From NCBI GenBank assembly GCA_016213885.1, contig JACQZM010000191.1, positions 1 to 55,525 of the forward strand: a DNA stretch of 55,525 bases, read 5' to 3'. The notes beneath the pieces are model-generated. The model was not told where the DNA came from. It did not search any database and saw only the letters and a list, made by a program, of their open reading frames with translations. Source of the stretch: Candidatus Rifleibacteriota bacterium (lineage in GTDB: Bacteria > Muiribacteriota > UBA6191 > JACPRK01 > JACQZM01). A program made the position numbers and the translations under genes. Below, in pieces: positions 9,768-20,213 of the stretch (position 1 is its first letter; each line of letters opens with the position of its first letter).

Positions 9768-10349
9768 TCAGGCCACGAGGTCGGCGATGCGCACGGAGAA
9801 GCCCGGGAGCACGTCGCCACCTTCCAGGAGCTCGTCTTTCCCGAGCTGGAGCACCTCGCGCCCGGGCCGGTACACATGGGCCGTGCGGGAGCGGGGGTCG
9901 ACGATCCACACGAGGCGCACACCCGCAGAAAGCCACTCCCGCGCCTTCTCGACGACCTCGCTCCATCGGTCCGAAGGCGAGACGACCTCGACCGCGAGGT
10001 CGGGTGCGATCGGCCAGAACCCATCCTCCGGGACATCGACAGGGATGCGAGCCGCCGCCACGAAGGCCACGTCCGGTGCTCGCACGGTGTCGGGGTCGCG
10101 CGATAGGATGAATCCGGTCTCGGCACCGCTCACCTCGCCCAGGTGGTTGGCAGCGACGTGGTTGCCGAGGACTCGGGCGATCTCCGCCGTGAGCTTGCCG
10201 TGCCTGCGCCCCGACGGAGACATCATCATCAGACTCCCTTTCACGAGCTCGCACCGCCCGACGTTGACGAGCTCGAGGAGCCGCTCGGCGGTGACCGGTT
10301 GCTCGCGCCTCGTCGCGACGGCATCCGACCGGGTTGACTTCATGGCCAT
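9768..10349 (-). CDS. Uma2 family (PD-(D/E)xK) endonuclease
   Basis: ELVKG...MSPS...HG, ETGF, RAPDVAFV, APDLAVEVVSPSD, GVRLVWIVDP, VLPGF; start 10349 or 10343 after GGAG SD. Confidence 0.92.
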   Translation of the reverse strand: MAMKSTRSDAVATRREQPVTAERLLELVNVGRCELVKGSLMMMSPSGRRHGKLTAEIARVLGNHVAANHLGEVSGAETGFILSRDPDTVRAPDVAFVAAARIPVDVPEDGFWPIAPDLAVEVVSPSDRWSEVVEKAREWLSAGVRLVWIVDPRSRTAHVYRPGREVLQLGKDELLEGGDVLPGFSVRIADLVA

Positions 10350-10674
10350 GCTCCTCTCCGGGAAGCCTACACCTTCCGGCTCACCGGATCCACACAGGGG
10401 TCCATCATTCTGAAAGTCGAACCCACGCGGGCGGGGGGCTCCGGCTCTTTCCCTGGTCAGGGCCGCAGCAGGCTGCGGGTTTCGGGACAGGGTCTGGACC
10501 AAAGCCACCGGTGGAGCCCGATTTTCGTGCGACATTTTCGGCCGAACACCTCAACGATTTGTCACCGGCTGTCGATGCCCTGGATAAGCCTTGTCGCGGC
10601 GAGTGCTGTTCGTTCGACTCGGCCCCCAGCCACGGGGCGCGGGAATCGCCGCAGGGAAGGCCAGAGGAAGACAC

Positions 10675-13600
10675 GTGGCCAGCTGGTCCAGGTCAGTGAA
10701 CAAAGACCCAGCCGCCAACGGCGGCGTCGGCCCCACGAGCCGGGCGACGGTTCTCCGGCGCCGGCCCGGGAGAGCCGCGTGGATGGCGCTCGTCATCCTG
10801 CTCGCCTGGGCCGGCCCGGCGCTGGCGCAGACCACGGCCACCTTCGCCACCAGCCTCGACTCCGCCTTGATCCCGCTGGGCGGTCCGGTGATCGAGCCGG
10901 GGGACACGATCTACATCCACGTCGCCAACGGTCCCGTCAGCCTGTTCCCGTTCGACAACGCGATCACCGCCGACATCGTCACCTCCCGGGGCGACACCGA
11001 ACGGATCTACCTGTTCGAGACCGACCAGGACTCCACGTACACCGGGTTCATCAAGACCAAGTTCGGCCCCAAGAACGGCCCACCGGTGATCTGGAACGGA
11101 CAGCTCGAGGTCCGGGGCAACGACACCGTCACGGTCACCGTGCAGAACGCCCCCCAGATCACGGCGACGGTCTTGACGAACGGCACCGTGAAGCTCCTGG
11201 AGATCCGGGAGAACGCCGACAGCCTCAACATCCCGGTGAACCCGCTTCCCGAGGAGGCCGGGGAGCTCAAGCTGCTCACCGTGGGCAAGTCGTTTCTGAT
11301 CCGGGTCGTCGACGACGACCGCAACCTGAACCCGGGCGTGGTGGACACGATCGCCCTGGTACCGCTCCAGGTCCAGATCGTGGGCGGCGTCGATCTGGAG
11401 ATCCCCGGGACCGGTGGCGGCCTGCCGCTGTTGAGCGAGACCGGCCCGGACTCCGGCGTCTTCGAACTGGTCGTACCCACCCGGTACGCCCGGACCGTCA
11501 CGCCGAACAACGGGATCCTGGAGATCGACGCGGGGGTCGACAGGATCATCGCCACCTACAACGACCTGTTCACCACCCACGGCATCCAGCCGCTGCCGGC
11601 CCTGGCCGACGTCCGCGGCGGCTACGACGGGACGATCCAGTACACGAGCCCGATCGCCCCTCCGATCCTGACCCCCGGGCCCGGGATGGACCTGAGGGTC
11701 CAGGTGGACGACCGGGACGACGCCGCGAACCAGCACGCCGGGCCGGGGAACGACACCGTCATGGTGACCCTGACCGCCTACAACGTGGGTCACACCGTGG
11801 CGCTGGACCGCGAGACGTTCGAGGTCAACGAGGACAACCTGGAGGCGCTGCCCCAGATCCTGTTCTTGCGGTCGATCCCGTTCCGGTTCATCCCGACCGG
11901 CTCGTACACGGTGCACAACGGCGTCCTCGAGGTGGCCCCGGGCCAGGAGATCTGGGTCACCTACAACGACGCCCTCCGGGCCACCGGCGAGCGGGACGTG
12001 CCGATCTCCACCACGGTCAACGTGTCGATCTCCACCGCCTGGGCCAACGTGGAGCCGACGATGAAGTGGTCCAACGACCTGTTCTGCGGCGACCGGCCCA
12101 ACCCGCCCGGGGACGTCATCAAGCCGGGCGACACGGTGTACATGTGCGTCACCGACGTGAACTCCGACCTGTCGAGCGATGTGGACCGGGTCACGGTGAC
12201 GCTCGTCACGCAACCGGACCTGTCCCCGGCCCCGGGGCCGAACGACCGGGAGGTCGTGGTGCTCACGGAGACCGGCCCGCACACCGGTATCTTCGCCGGG
12301 TGGATCGACTCCCGGTTCGGCGACCCGATCGTCCAGAGGAACGGCATGCTGGACGTGCGGGGCCGCGACACGCCCACCGCCCAGGTGACCGCCACCTACC
12401 TCCCGTTCTGGAGGCAGGGCGGTCCGATCTACCCGATCCAGGGCCTGCGGGTCCATATCGACGGGGCGGTCCGCATCGTCGCAAACGGCACGGCCCGCGG
12501 GTCCAACGCCGCCGGCCCGATCCGGGTCGCGGACAACGGCGGCGGCGAGGTCGGAACGATCGACCAGTTCACCGCCGGCGAGGGGCTGTTCCTCCAGCTG
12601 GTGGATGACGACGCCAACGTGAACCCCAACGCCGCCGACTCGATCGAGGTGACTCTCTCCAGCTTCTCCGGCGCCGATCCCCCGACCGGCCCGATCCAGT
12701 CCTCGGCTGCGAACCTGGTGGACCAGCTGAGGGTCAGGCTTTACGAGACCGGACCGAGCACCGGCATCTTCGTGGTCCAGCCGAACCTGCTGACCGACAT
12801 CCAGCACGACCCGTTCAACTTCATCCCGACCAGGTACACCGCCGGAGCCGGCGACCTGACCAACAGCATCCTGGAGGTGCGCGCCGAGGGCCCGGTCGAC
12901 CCGCCCGGTCCGTGGGAGCTCGCGAACCACCTGAACACCGTGGTGATCGAGTACCCCGACACGGAGCGCACGTACCCGACCCAGCCGGCGTGGCCCCGGG
13001 ACTCGGTGTTCATCCGCAAGGGCCATCCGGACACCGCTCCCAACGTGGTCGACGCCGTGACCGGGGGCGACGTGCAGGGTGGCGACGACCTCAGGGTGAC
13101 GGTCCAGAACGAGCCCGACGCGAGCTTCCACACCGGCCCGGGCAACGACACGCTCACCGTGACCGTGACCTCGTACGCCCCGGACTTCGCCACCGTGGTG
13201 GATGTCGAGCAGGTGGTGCTCCACGAGGACAACGGGACAACCGGGGACTTCGAGGGGCTGTTCCCCACGGCCTACGTGAACGGCCGCGCCCTGGACCCGA
13301 CCCGCTCCCAGGGCAACGGCATCCTGGAGGTGCGGACCGGCGGCCGGATCGTGGCGGTCTACACCGACCCGCTGCGCTACGACGGCAGGCCGAACTTCCC
13401 GGTGGCGTCCGCGACGACCCCGGCCAACGGTCGGGCCGTGGTCACCCCGGCCGCCGCGGCGGTCCGCTTCGTGAGCTCCAACGACGCCACGACCACGAAC
13501 ACGACGCTGAACCCCACCGCGAAGGTGACCCTGACCCAGCCGGGCGACACGCTCTGGATCCGGGTCGACGACCAGGCCGCCCAGGCGGTGCCCAACAATC

Positions 13601-16545
13601 ACACCAACGGCGTCACCGTGACCTTGCGGGTGCTGAACGGGGCCATCGTCGAGGACCAGGAGACTCTGTTCGTGGCGGAGACGCCGGTCAGGGTGTTCGA
13701 GCAGGCGCCCAACGAGATCCGGGGCGTCTACATGGGCCAGATCGACACCATCTGGGGCGACACCATCGGTACCGGAGACTTCCGTCGGGGCGACGGGACG
13801 CTCCAGGTGCGCGGCCGGAACATCGTGGAGGTCTCCTACTGGGACATCACGAACTCCGCCGTCCGGGCGGACGTGACCTACGTCCACGTCCTGGGCGAGG
13901 CGCAGTTCATGTCGAACGGCGGCACCCACGAGCAGCAGGGGAACAACGCCTTCAGGCTCGACGGACGGCTCCAGGCGATCAAGGTGTTGAACGAGACCAA
14001 GAGCGACCAGCTCACGGTCCGGGCCGGCGATCCGATCCGTCTGGTCGTCATCGACGACGACCGGAACGCGGACCCGGTGACGGCGGAGACGTTCACCGTG
14101 GTGGTCTCGTACCCGCCGCCGCCGGCGGTGCCGGTGGACCAGGAGACGGTGACCTTGAGGGAGACCGGGCCGGACACCGGCGTGTTCGTCCTCGACCCGA
14201 CGCTCTACCCCGACGGGCTCCGCACCCAGCTCAACGCCGTGGCGACCGCCGGGGACAACATCGTCCAGGTACCCGCGGGAGGCCGGATCCACCTGAGGTA
14301 CCCGGACACGACCGTGCCGTCGCCGGCGTACGGGCCCTCCATCACCGTGGACATCGAGGACGACATCAACGTGCAGCCTGCCGGGGAGGCGACGCTTCTG
14401 GTGAACGACCAGGCGACCCCGGACCTGGTGACGAACACCGTGATGGCCGGTCACAACCTGTTCATCAGGGTCACGGAGCCGGCCATCGCCGATCCTCATC
14501 AGGAGCCGAGGTTCGACCCCAACGTCCTCGACACGGTGACGGTGAACGTCACCTCCGGTTCCGTGATCGTGGGGCCCGGCGGCAGGACCGAGCGCGACGT
14601 CGAGGCGGTGGCGCTCCACGAGACCGGCCTGGACACGCGGGTGTTCGAGGGGTTCCTCCCCACGGTCCACAACCGGTACGCCACGCCGACCAACGGGGTG
14701 CTCGAGATCGCCGACACGGACGCGGCTCGACGGCCGATCGCCGTCACCTACGTCGACCCGCAACCGGTGCGGGCCGGCACCTTGATCGTGAACGACGGGA
14801 CCTACACGGCCGCCACGTCCAACGTGCTGGTCATCACCTACAACCTGCTGACCCGCTTGGGCGCCGACGCCACCATCGGGATCGTGTCGACCTGGTGCAC
14901 GAACGACGACGAGTTCATCCTGGGTGACACGCTCAGGGTCACGGTGTCCGACCCGGGGTTCGCCGGGATCGACGTCCCCACGGTCGGGGTCACGATCACG
15001 GCGCCGTCCGGAGACCAGGAGTACGTCATCCTGGGCCAGACCGCGGTGGGCAGCGGCTTCTTCGACACCGACGCGGCGCCGTCCCACCGGGTGCCCACGG
15101 CGTTCGACCAGTCGATCGTGAGGTTCGACGGCCTGGTCGAGATGGTGGGCGGGTGCACCTCCGACAACGCCCAGCTCAGGGGCGAGCCGCTGATCGCCAC
15201 GTACGTGATCCCGCTGGACGCGTCGGGGCACGTCATGAGGCCGGTGTCGGCCACGATCCGCGGGTTCACCCGGGCCACCCTCAGGGCCGCCATCGACCGG
15301 CAGCGCCAGTCGCCGCCGACCCCGGCCCGGCCGAACCCGCTGCCGGAGCCGCAGCCGGTCTTCCCCGGGGAGCAGGCGCTGTTCACCAAGGACGATACCC
15401 TGACGGTGTTCAAGGCGTACGACCGGATCTGGATCAAGGTCGTCGATCCGGACATGAACTGCCCGCCGCGGTCGACCAACTCGCTGACCGTGACGTTGAC
15501 CACGAACAACCTGGTGAACGGCATCACCCCCGGCGACTTCGAGGTGATCCGGCTGACCGAGCAGCCGCGGCTGAACGGCGAGACGGTCCGGGGCGTGTTC
15601 ATCGGCTCCATCGGCACCGTGCCCGCCCCGGCCAACACCACCCCGGTGGGGCTCAGCGGCACCGTGGAGCTCGTGGGCCGCGACCTGGTGACCCTGACCT
15701 ACCAGGACTTCAACACGAACGTGGCCAACACCTGCCTGATCTCGTCGATCAACACGTCCACCGAGACCAGGAACGACGGCCAGATCCAGATCGTCGACGG
15801 CCCCAACAGCTCCACGTCGGTCTCGATCATCTCGCTGACCCCGCTGCCGGGCCAGGCGACCGCCATGGTCTGGATCAGAATCGTGGACAAGGACCTCGAC
15901 GGCGACAACCTCCCCGGCACGGACCAGGGCCCGGTGGTCACGATCACCACCGACGCCGGCGACAGCGAGACGGTGAACACGTTCGAGTCGGCCACGGTGC
16001 CCGGGGAGTTCCGGGGCCAGATCCCGATCGTGTACGGCCGCCCGCCGGTCAGCGGCAGCACCAGGATCGAGGTCACGGCGGGCGACAAGGTCACGGCCTG
16101 CTACACCGACGACTTCAACATCAACCCGGGCATCCCCACCCAGCGCTGCGCCTCCGCTTTCGTGGAGCGGTTCTACGGAGCGGTCCTCGAGGTGTTCGTG
16201 CCCAGGACCGGCCTGTACCATCCGCCCAACAGGCTGGAGGAGTTCATCATCCCGGAACGGCTCAGGGTCCGCGTCAGGGACCAGGACCAGAACCTGACCG
16301 CCGCCCGGGACGCCGTGCAGGTCACGTTCGCCACCAACAATCCGATCCGCCCTGACCAGGAGACGCTGATCCTCACCGAGAGCGGCAACGATACCGGGAT
16401 GTTCGAGGGGGAGATCCCCACGGCGTTCCCGGACAACCTGAACTCGCCGGCCAACCTGGCGGCGCGGCAGAACAACGGGGTGCTGACCTGCGTCGGCGGG
16501 GACACCCTGACGATCACGTACGTCGATGCCCACGCTCCACCCTGA
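10675..16545 (+). CDS. Giant secreted Ig-like repeat protein (adhesin/S-layer-like), N-terminal part
   Basis: Signal peptide ...MALVILLAWAGPALA; ~13 repeats with GDxxxIxVxD...D(Q/R)ExxxLxETGxxTGxF...NGxLEV...YxD; start GTG 10675 (GAGG SD) or ATG 10783. Confidence 0.85.
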   Translation: MASWSRSVNKDPAANGGVGPTSRATVLRRRPGRAAWMALVILLAWAGPALAQTTATFATSLDSALIPLGGPVIEPGDTIYIHVANGPVSLFPFDNAITADIVTSRGDTERIYLFETDQDSTYTGFIKTKFGPKNGPPVIWNGQLEVRGNDTVTVTVQNAPQITATVLTNGTVKLLEIRENADSLNIPVNPLPEEAGELKLLTVGKSFLIRVVDDDRNLNPGVVDTIALVPLQVQIVGGVDLEIPGTGGGLPLLSETGPDSGVFELVVPTRYARTVTPNNGILEIDAGVDRIIATYNDLFTTHGIQPLPALADVRGGYDGTIQYTSPIAPPILTPGPGMDLRVQVDDRDDAANQHAGPGNDTVMVTLTAYNVGHTVALDRETFEVNEDNLEALPQILFLRSIPFRFIPTGSYTVHNGVLEVAPGQEIWVTYNDALRATGERDVPISTTVNVSISTAWANVEPTMKWSNDLFCGDRPNPPGDVIKPGDTVYMCVTDVNSDLSSDVDRVTVTLVTQPDLSPAPGPNDREVVVLTETGPHTGIFAGWIDSRFGDPIVQRNGMLDVRGRDTPTAQVTATYLPFWRQGGPIYPIQGLRVHIDGAVRIVANGTARGSNAAGPIRVADNGGGEVGTIDQFTAGEGLFLQLVDDDANVNPNAADSIEVTLSSFSGADPPTGPIQSSAANLVDQLRVRLYETGPSTGIFVVQPNLLTDIQHDPFNFIPTRYTAGAGDLTNSILEVRAEGPVDPPGPWELANHLNTVVIEYPDTERTYPTQPAWPRDSVFIRKGHPDTAPNVVDAVTGGDVQGGDDLRVTVQNEPDASFHTGPGNDTLTVTVTSYAPDFATVVDVEQVVLHEDNGTTGDFEGLFPTAYVNGRALDPTRSQGNGILEVRTGGRIVAVYTDPLRYDGRPNFPVASATTPANGRAVVTPAAAAVRFVSSNDATTTNTTLNPTAKVTLTQPGDTLWIRVDDQAAQAVPNNHTNGVTVTLRVLNGAIVEDQETLFVAETPVRVFEQAPNEIRGVYMGQIDTIWGDTIGTGDFRRGDGTLQVRGRNIVEVSYWDITNSAVRADVTYVHVLGEAQFMSNGGTHEQQGNNAFRLDGRLQAIKVLNETKSDQLTVRAGDPIRLVVIDDDRNADPVTAETFTVVVSYPPPPAVPVDQETVTLRETGPDTGVFVLDPTLYPDGLRTQLNAVATAGDNIVQVPAGGRIHLRYPDTTVPSPAYGPSITVDIEDDINVQPAGEATLLVNDQATPDLVTNTVMAGHNLFIRVTEPAIADPHQEPRFDPNVLDTVTVNVTSGSVIVGPGGRTERDVEAVALHETGLDTRVFEGFLPTVHNRYATPTNGVLEIADTDAARRPIAVTYVDPQPVRAGTLIVNDGTYTAATSNVLVITYNLLTRLGADATIGIVSTWCTNDDEFILGDTLRVTVSDPGFAGIDVPTVGVTITAPSGDQEYVILGQTAVGSGFFDTDAAPSHRVPTAFDQSIVRFDGLVEMVGGCTSDNAQLRGEPLIATYVIPLDASGHVMRPVSATIRGFTRATLRAAIDRQRQSPPTPARPNPLPEPQPVFPGEQALFTKDDTLTVFKAYDRIWIKVVDPDMNCPPRSTNSLTVTLTTNNLVNGITPGDFEVIRLTEQPRLNGETVRGVFIGSIGTVPAPANTTPVGLSGTVELVGRDLVTLTYQDFNTNVANTCLISSINTSTETRNDGQIQIVDGPNSSTSVSIISLTPLPGQATAMVWIRIVDKDLDGDNLPGTDQGPVVTITTDAGDSETVNTFESATVPGEFRGQIPIVYGRPPVSGSTRIEVTAGDKVTACYTDDFNINPGIPTQRCASAFVERFYGAVLEVFVPRTGLYHPPNRLEEFIIPERLRVRVRDQDQNLTAARDAVQVTFATNNPIRPDQETLILTESGNDTGMFEGEIPTAFPDNLNSPANLAARQNNGVLTCVGGDTLTITYVDAHAPP

Positions 16546-17312
16546 CGCTGCCCAACGCGGCCCGGCTGACCCTGCCGGCCGGCGCGGTCCAGCTGAAGCA
16601 GATGATCACCTTCCAGCTCAAGTACCGCGCCCAGTACAGGGACGAGTACGACAAGGTGATCCCCACGCCGCTCAACCCGGGGGTGCAGCTGATCGGCGAC
16701 TCCGGTCGGGTGGGCCTGTACGAGGTGAAGCCGTCGAACCTGGTGTTCAAGAAGCTGGCCACGTTCGAGATCCCGATCCCGGCCACGGCCACCATCCTGG
16801 GCGACGTGACGCCGCTGTCCGATGGCGACCGGCAGCGGCTCAGGCTGTTCTACTTCGACGGGTTCGACTGGCAGCCGTCGGCCGGCGAGTACTTCAGGGA
16901 CTCCACCGGCAAGGAGTACATCCGGGCCGTGTCGAACCACCTGACCTGCTTCACCCTGGCGCTGGACAACCGGCCGCCGCCGCAGCTCATCGGCCCGTTG
17001 CTCTCGGCGATCGTGCTCGACAAGAACCCGTTCACGCCCAACAACGACGGCATCAACGACAACGTGATCCTCCAGTTCGGTCTGGGGCAGGCCGCCTCGG
17101 TGAGCGTGAAGGTGCTCGACGCCAACGGCGACCTGGTGCGGACGCTGCTGGACCGGGGCTCCATGCAGGCCGGGTTCAACACGCTCCAGTGGGACGGTCG
17201 GTACGCCTTCTCGACGAGGACCGTGCCGCAGGGGATCTACGTGGTCGTGGTGAAGGCCGAGACGCCCAGCGCCAAGGACACCCAGAGCATCGGCGTGGGG
17301 GTGATGAAGTGA
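16536..17312 (+). CDS. ZU5-like segment plus FlgD-Ig/T9SS-type C-terminal domain; probable frameshifted C-terminus of the giant protein
   Basis: Frame is open and protein-like upstream of ATG 16602 (STLTLPNAARLTLPAGAV); ends with NPFTPNNDGINDN...VKVLDANGDLVRTL...WDGR...VPQGIYVVVVKA; no signal peptide of its own. Confidence 0.75.
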   Translation, partial: STLTLPNAARLTLPAGAVQLKQMITFQLKYRAQYRDEYDKVIPTPLNPGVQLIGDSGRVGLYEVKPSNLVFKKLATFEIPIPATATILGDVTPLSDGDRQRLRLFYFDGFDWQPSAGEYFRDSTGKEYIRAVSNHLTCFTLALDNRPPPQLIGPLLSAIVLDKNPFTPNNDGINDNVILQFGLGQAASVSVKVLDANGDLVRTLLDRGSMQAGFNTLQWDGRYAFSTRTVPQGIYVVVVKAETPSAKDTQSIGVGVMK

Positions 17313-18322
17313 GGCTCCTCGTCCTCGTGATCGGCCTCCTCGTCCTCGCCATGCCGACCCGGGCCGAGTTCAACGACATCGTCACCGGCGCCCGGCCGGC
17401 CGGCATGGGCGGGGCGTTCGTGGCCCTGGCCGACGACATCAACGCCCTGTACTGGAATCCTGCCGGGCTGACCCTCTCCCGGGCCCCTCAGATAGGCGCC
17501 ATGAAGGCCGACGAGATGACGCCGACCCTGGGGCCGAAGTTCACCACGGACTTCTTCGGGCTGTCCAGCGGGAACGCGGGCTACGGCGCCCTGGGGATCG
17601 CGGTGCTCCGGCAGGGCCTGTCGGACATCCTGCAGGAGCGGACGCTGTCGCTCTCGTACGGCCTGGCGCTCAACCCGTTCACCAGGCTCGGGCTGAACCT
17701 CAAGACGATGGCGCTGATCACCAAGCCGGAGGGGCGCTACTTCCCGGACCCGGCGCTGACCGACAGCTCCACGCTGGGGTTCGACCTCGGCGGGCTCCAC
17801 GTGGTGACGCCGGACCTGAGGTTCGGCTTCCTCGTGAGGAACCTGGCCGCCAGGCTGGGAACGGTCGAGCGCGAGGAGGTCCGCAGGACGTACCGCGTCG
17901 GCGCCGCGTACCGCCTGCACACGGAGCTGATCGACGAGGACTACCTCTGGATCACCCTCGACCTCTTCACCAAGGAAGACATCGACGACGAGGCCGGGCT
18001 GAAGATCCGGAACTCCTTCGGTTTCGAATGGCAGCTCACCCCCTGGATCGCGGTCCGGATGGGAGCGGACCGGGGTCGGCTCACGGCCGGCGCCGGCATC
18101 ACCGCCCTGGGCCTCTCGATCGACTACGCGTTCGCCGAGGAGCAAGACGCCGTGGGGACGAGCCAGCGGATCTCGCTGACCTACCGGTTCGGCGGCGAGG
18201 TGCACACGGAGCGCAGGGAAGTGACGGTGCGGCACCGCCCGGAGCCGCCGTACACGCCGGCCCCCAGGTTCGAGAAGCCGCCCAAGTTCGAGAAGAAGCC
18301 TAAGCGGAAGCCCGAGGGCTAG
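17309..18322 (+). CDS. PorV/PorQ-like (FadL superfamily/UPF0164-type) outer-membrane beta-barrel
   Basis: GTG overlaps upstream TGA; signal peptide; GARPAGMGGAFVALADDINALYWNPAGL; alternating beta-strands ending IDYAF...QRISLTYRF. Confidence 0.8.
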   Translation: MRLLVLVIGLLVLAMPTRAEFNDIVTGARPAGMGGAFVALADDINALYWNPAGLTLSRAPQIGAMKADEMTPTLGPKFTTDFFGLSSGNAGYGALGIAVLRQGLSDILQERTLSLSYGLALNPFTRLGLNLKTMALITKPEGRYFPDPALTDSSTLGFDLGGLHVVTPDLRFGFLVRNLAARLGTVEREEVRRTYRVGAAYRLHTELIDEDYLWITLDLFTKEDIDDEAGLKIRNSFGFEWQLTPWIAVRMGADRGRLTAGAGITALGLSIDYAFAEEQDAVGTSQRISLTYRFGGEVHTERREVTVRHRPEPPYTPAPRFEKPPKFEKKPKRKPEG

Positions 18323-18513
18323 GTCATAGGGCGCACAAGGCGGCGTCGAAGAGTCGAGAGTCCAAGGTCGAAGAGGACGGATTTTCAACCTCGATTCCCT
18401 CGCAAGAACCGCCCTTGGGCCTACTTCGGCGAAATCCGACCCGCATGGGGAGCCGGCTTCCAGGTGTGGGTTTCGCGCCGGCGGGGGTTTGCACGGGAGA
18501 ATCAACCTTCTGT

Positions 18514-18636
18514 GGGCACGTGTTCTGCAGCTTCCTGGGACTGGTGCTCATGAAGGAGCTACAGCATCGGATGGAGGAACGTGGCTGGCACGCGGAGTGG
18601 GCCCAGGTCATGCAGGACCTGGACATGCTGTACGAG
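18514..18636 (+). mobile_element. IS1634-family transposase C-terminal remnant
   Basis: GHVFCSFLGLVLMKELQHRMEERGWHAEWAQVMQDL matches the (I/V)RGHVFCSFLALVL..EL...EW..DL tail of IS1634 transposases; rest of the gene absent. Confidence 0.7.
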
Positions 18637-18917
18637 AACGAAGACTTTGTCGCTGGCCCTGATCCCCGCGAGCGCGGGGGAGCCCCCTGGCTTGTCCTCT
18701 TGCCGTTGGCAGTGCGCTAAGGAATGCCTCTCTCGATGACCGCTCCCCCGAGCCATCGGGGATCGACCCTGGAAAGGGAGCGATTGCCGTCGACGCTCCA
18801 GAGGCTCCCCCGCGTCCGCGGGGACAGATCCGGTGACGGGCACGAAAGGGCCGATGGCCACCCGGTTAGCGACTATGCCCGCGACCAAGCGTGGGTCTGC
18901 CCGCGACCGCCGGACGG

Positions 18918-20213
18918 TCAGAGGAGGAACGAGTCGAGCTCTGCGGTCAGTCCACCGATCGGGACGTGTCTCACCCGGGACCTCCCGACCAGAACCTGCT
19001 CTTCGGGGTCGGAACAGACCACCAGGAAGACCGAGGGCTCGTACGCCTCGATGAAACTCCGGGCGGAACGGCTGAGCGTCCCCCGCCGGGCGCTGGCCTT
19101 CACCTCGATGGCTGCCGTCGAGCCCCGGTGGTCCAGGACGAAGTCGACCTCTGCCCCGGCCTTGCTCCGCCAGTACCGGAGACTGTCCAGGATGGGATCC
19201 ATGCGCTTGAGGAGTTCCGAGAAGACCAGGTTCTCCAGGAGCGGCCCCCGGTCGGGTCTCGTCTCCAGCGGAGCGAATCCTCCGAACAGCTGGTTCCGGA
19301 TCCCGTTGTCCACGAAGTAGACCTTGGGGGCGCTGGTCAGCTCCGCTCTCTTCCCACCGACATAGGGGCGCAGGAGCCTGATGACATGGCTATCCTCGAG
19401 GATCTGCGCATAGTCCGCGACGGTGTCGTTGCTCACGGAGCACAGGGACGCCCATTCGGAGTTGTTGACCAGGTTACCGACCTGGCTCGCCATCAGCTGC
19501 ATCAGCTTTCTGAACGCCCCGACGTTCCGGATCTTGAAGCGGTCCGACGCGTCCCTGAGAATCAGGGACTCCACGAGGCTCGCCAGCTCCCTGTCGGGAT
19601 CCACCGCGGTCACGACGCCGGGGTAGGAGCCATGAATGGCGCTCCTTCGAACGAGGTCTCCCCACCCTTGCTCGCGGACGAGCGGGTTGTCTCCACAGCC
19701 GGACGGCGCGAGCTCCTCCAAGCTGAACGGGAGCAGGAGATGTCTCCGGGCCCTCCCGGCCAGCGACTCCCGGACCCTGGCCTCCAGGTCGAAGGAGGAG
19801 CTTCCCGTCGCGAAGAGGAAGAGTCCCGATCGTCGGTCGACGACCCCTTTGAGAAAGAGGCCCGCATCGGGAAGCCTCTGGATCTCCTCGAAGAAGAGCG
19901 CCCTCGCCGATGAGGCGAGCGCCTCGACTTCGGACAGGAATCCAGCAGGCGACCTGAGCCAATCCCTGATGCTGGGCTCTTCGCAATTCAGGTACAGGGC
20001 AGGGATGGACCGGTCAGCCAGGGTGCGCCAGATCAGCGTCGACTTGCCCGATTGCCGCGGCCCGACCACCAGAACGACCCTCTGATCCGGCTCGAGGCGC
20101 GTCCTCCTGGGGACATAGGAGGGCGGCAGGAAACGCCCGCGCCACTGCCCAGGGTCTTGCCCTCGAAGCCAGCCATTGTCCGCAAGGAGCACCTGTCTCG
20201 TCGTATGATCCAT
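18918..20213 (-). CDS. AAA_14 ATPase with DUF4143 domain
   Basis: Walker A GPRQSGKST, Walker B FFEEIQ, TGSSS, ESLAGR, GSYP, PKVYFVDNG, LENLV, YWRSKAGAEVDFV, IEVK. Confidence 0.9.
   Translation of the reverse strand: MDHTTRQVLLADNGWLRGQDPGQWRGRFLPPSYVPRRTRLEPDQRVVLVVGPRQSGKSTLIWRTLADRSIPALYLNCEEPSIRDWLRSPAGFLSEVEALASSARALFFEEIQRLPDAGLFLKGVVDRRSGLFLFATGSSSFDLEARVRESLAGRARRHLLLPFSLEELAPSGCGDNPLVREQGWGDLVRRSAIHGSYPGVVTAVDPDRELASLVESLILRDASDRFKIRNVGAFRKLMQLMASQVGNLVNNSEWASLCSVSNDTVADYAQILEDSHVIRLLRPYVGGKRAELTSAPKVYFVDNGIRNQLFGGFAPLETRPDRGPLLENLVFSELLKRMDPILDSLRYWRSKAGAEVDFVLDHRGSTAAIEVKASARRGTLSRSARSFIEAYEPSVFLVVCSDPEEQVLVGRSRVRHVPIGGLTAELDSFLL

Noticed and set aside
10693-16533. Very long antisense or alternate-frame ORFs (e.g. 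10693-16533 minus, 31823-34837 plus, 28285-31170 minus, 4159-7224 plus)
   Set aside because: Shadow ORFs produced by high GC3 codon bias opposite or overlapping clearly identifiable genes; translations carry no motifs.
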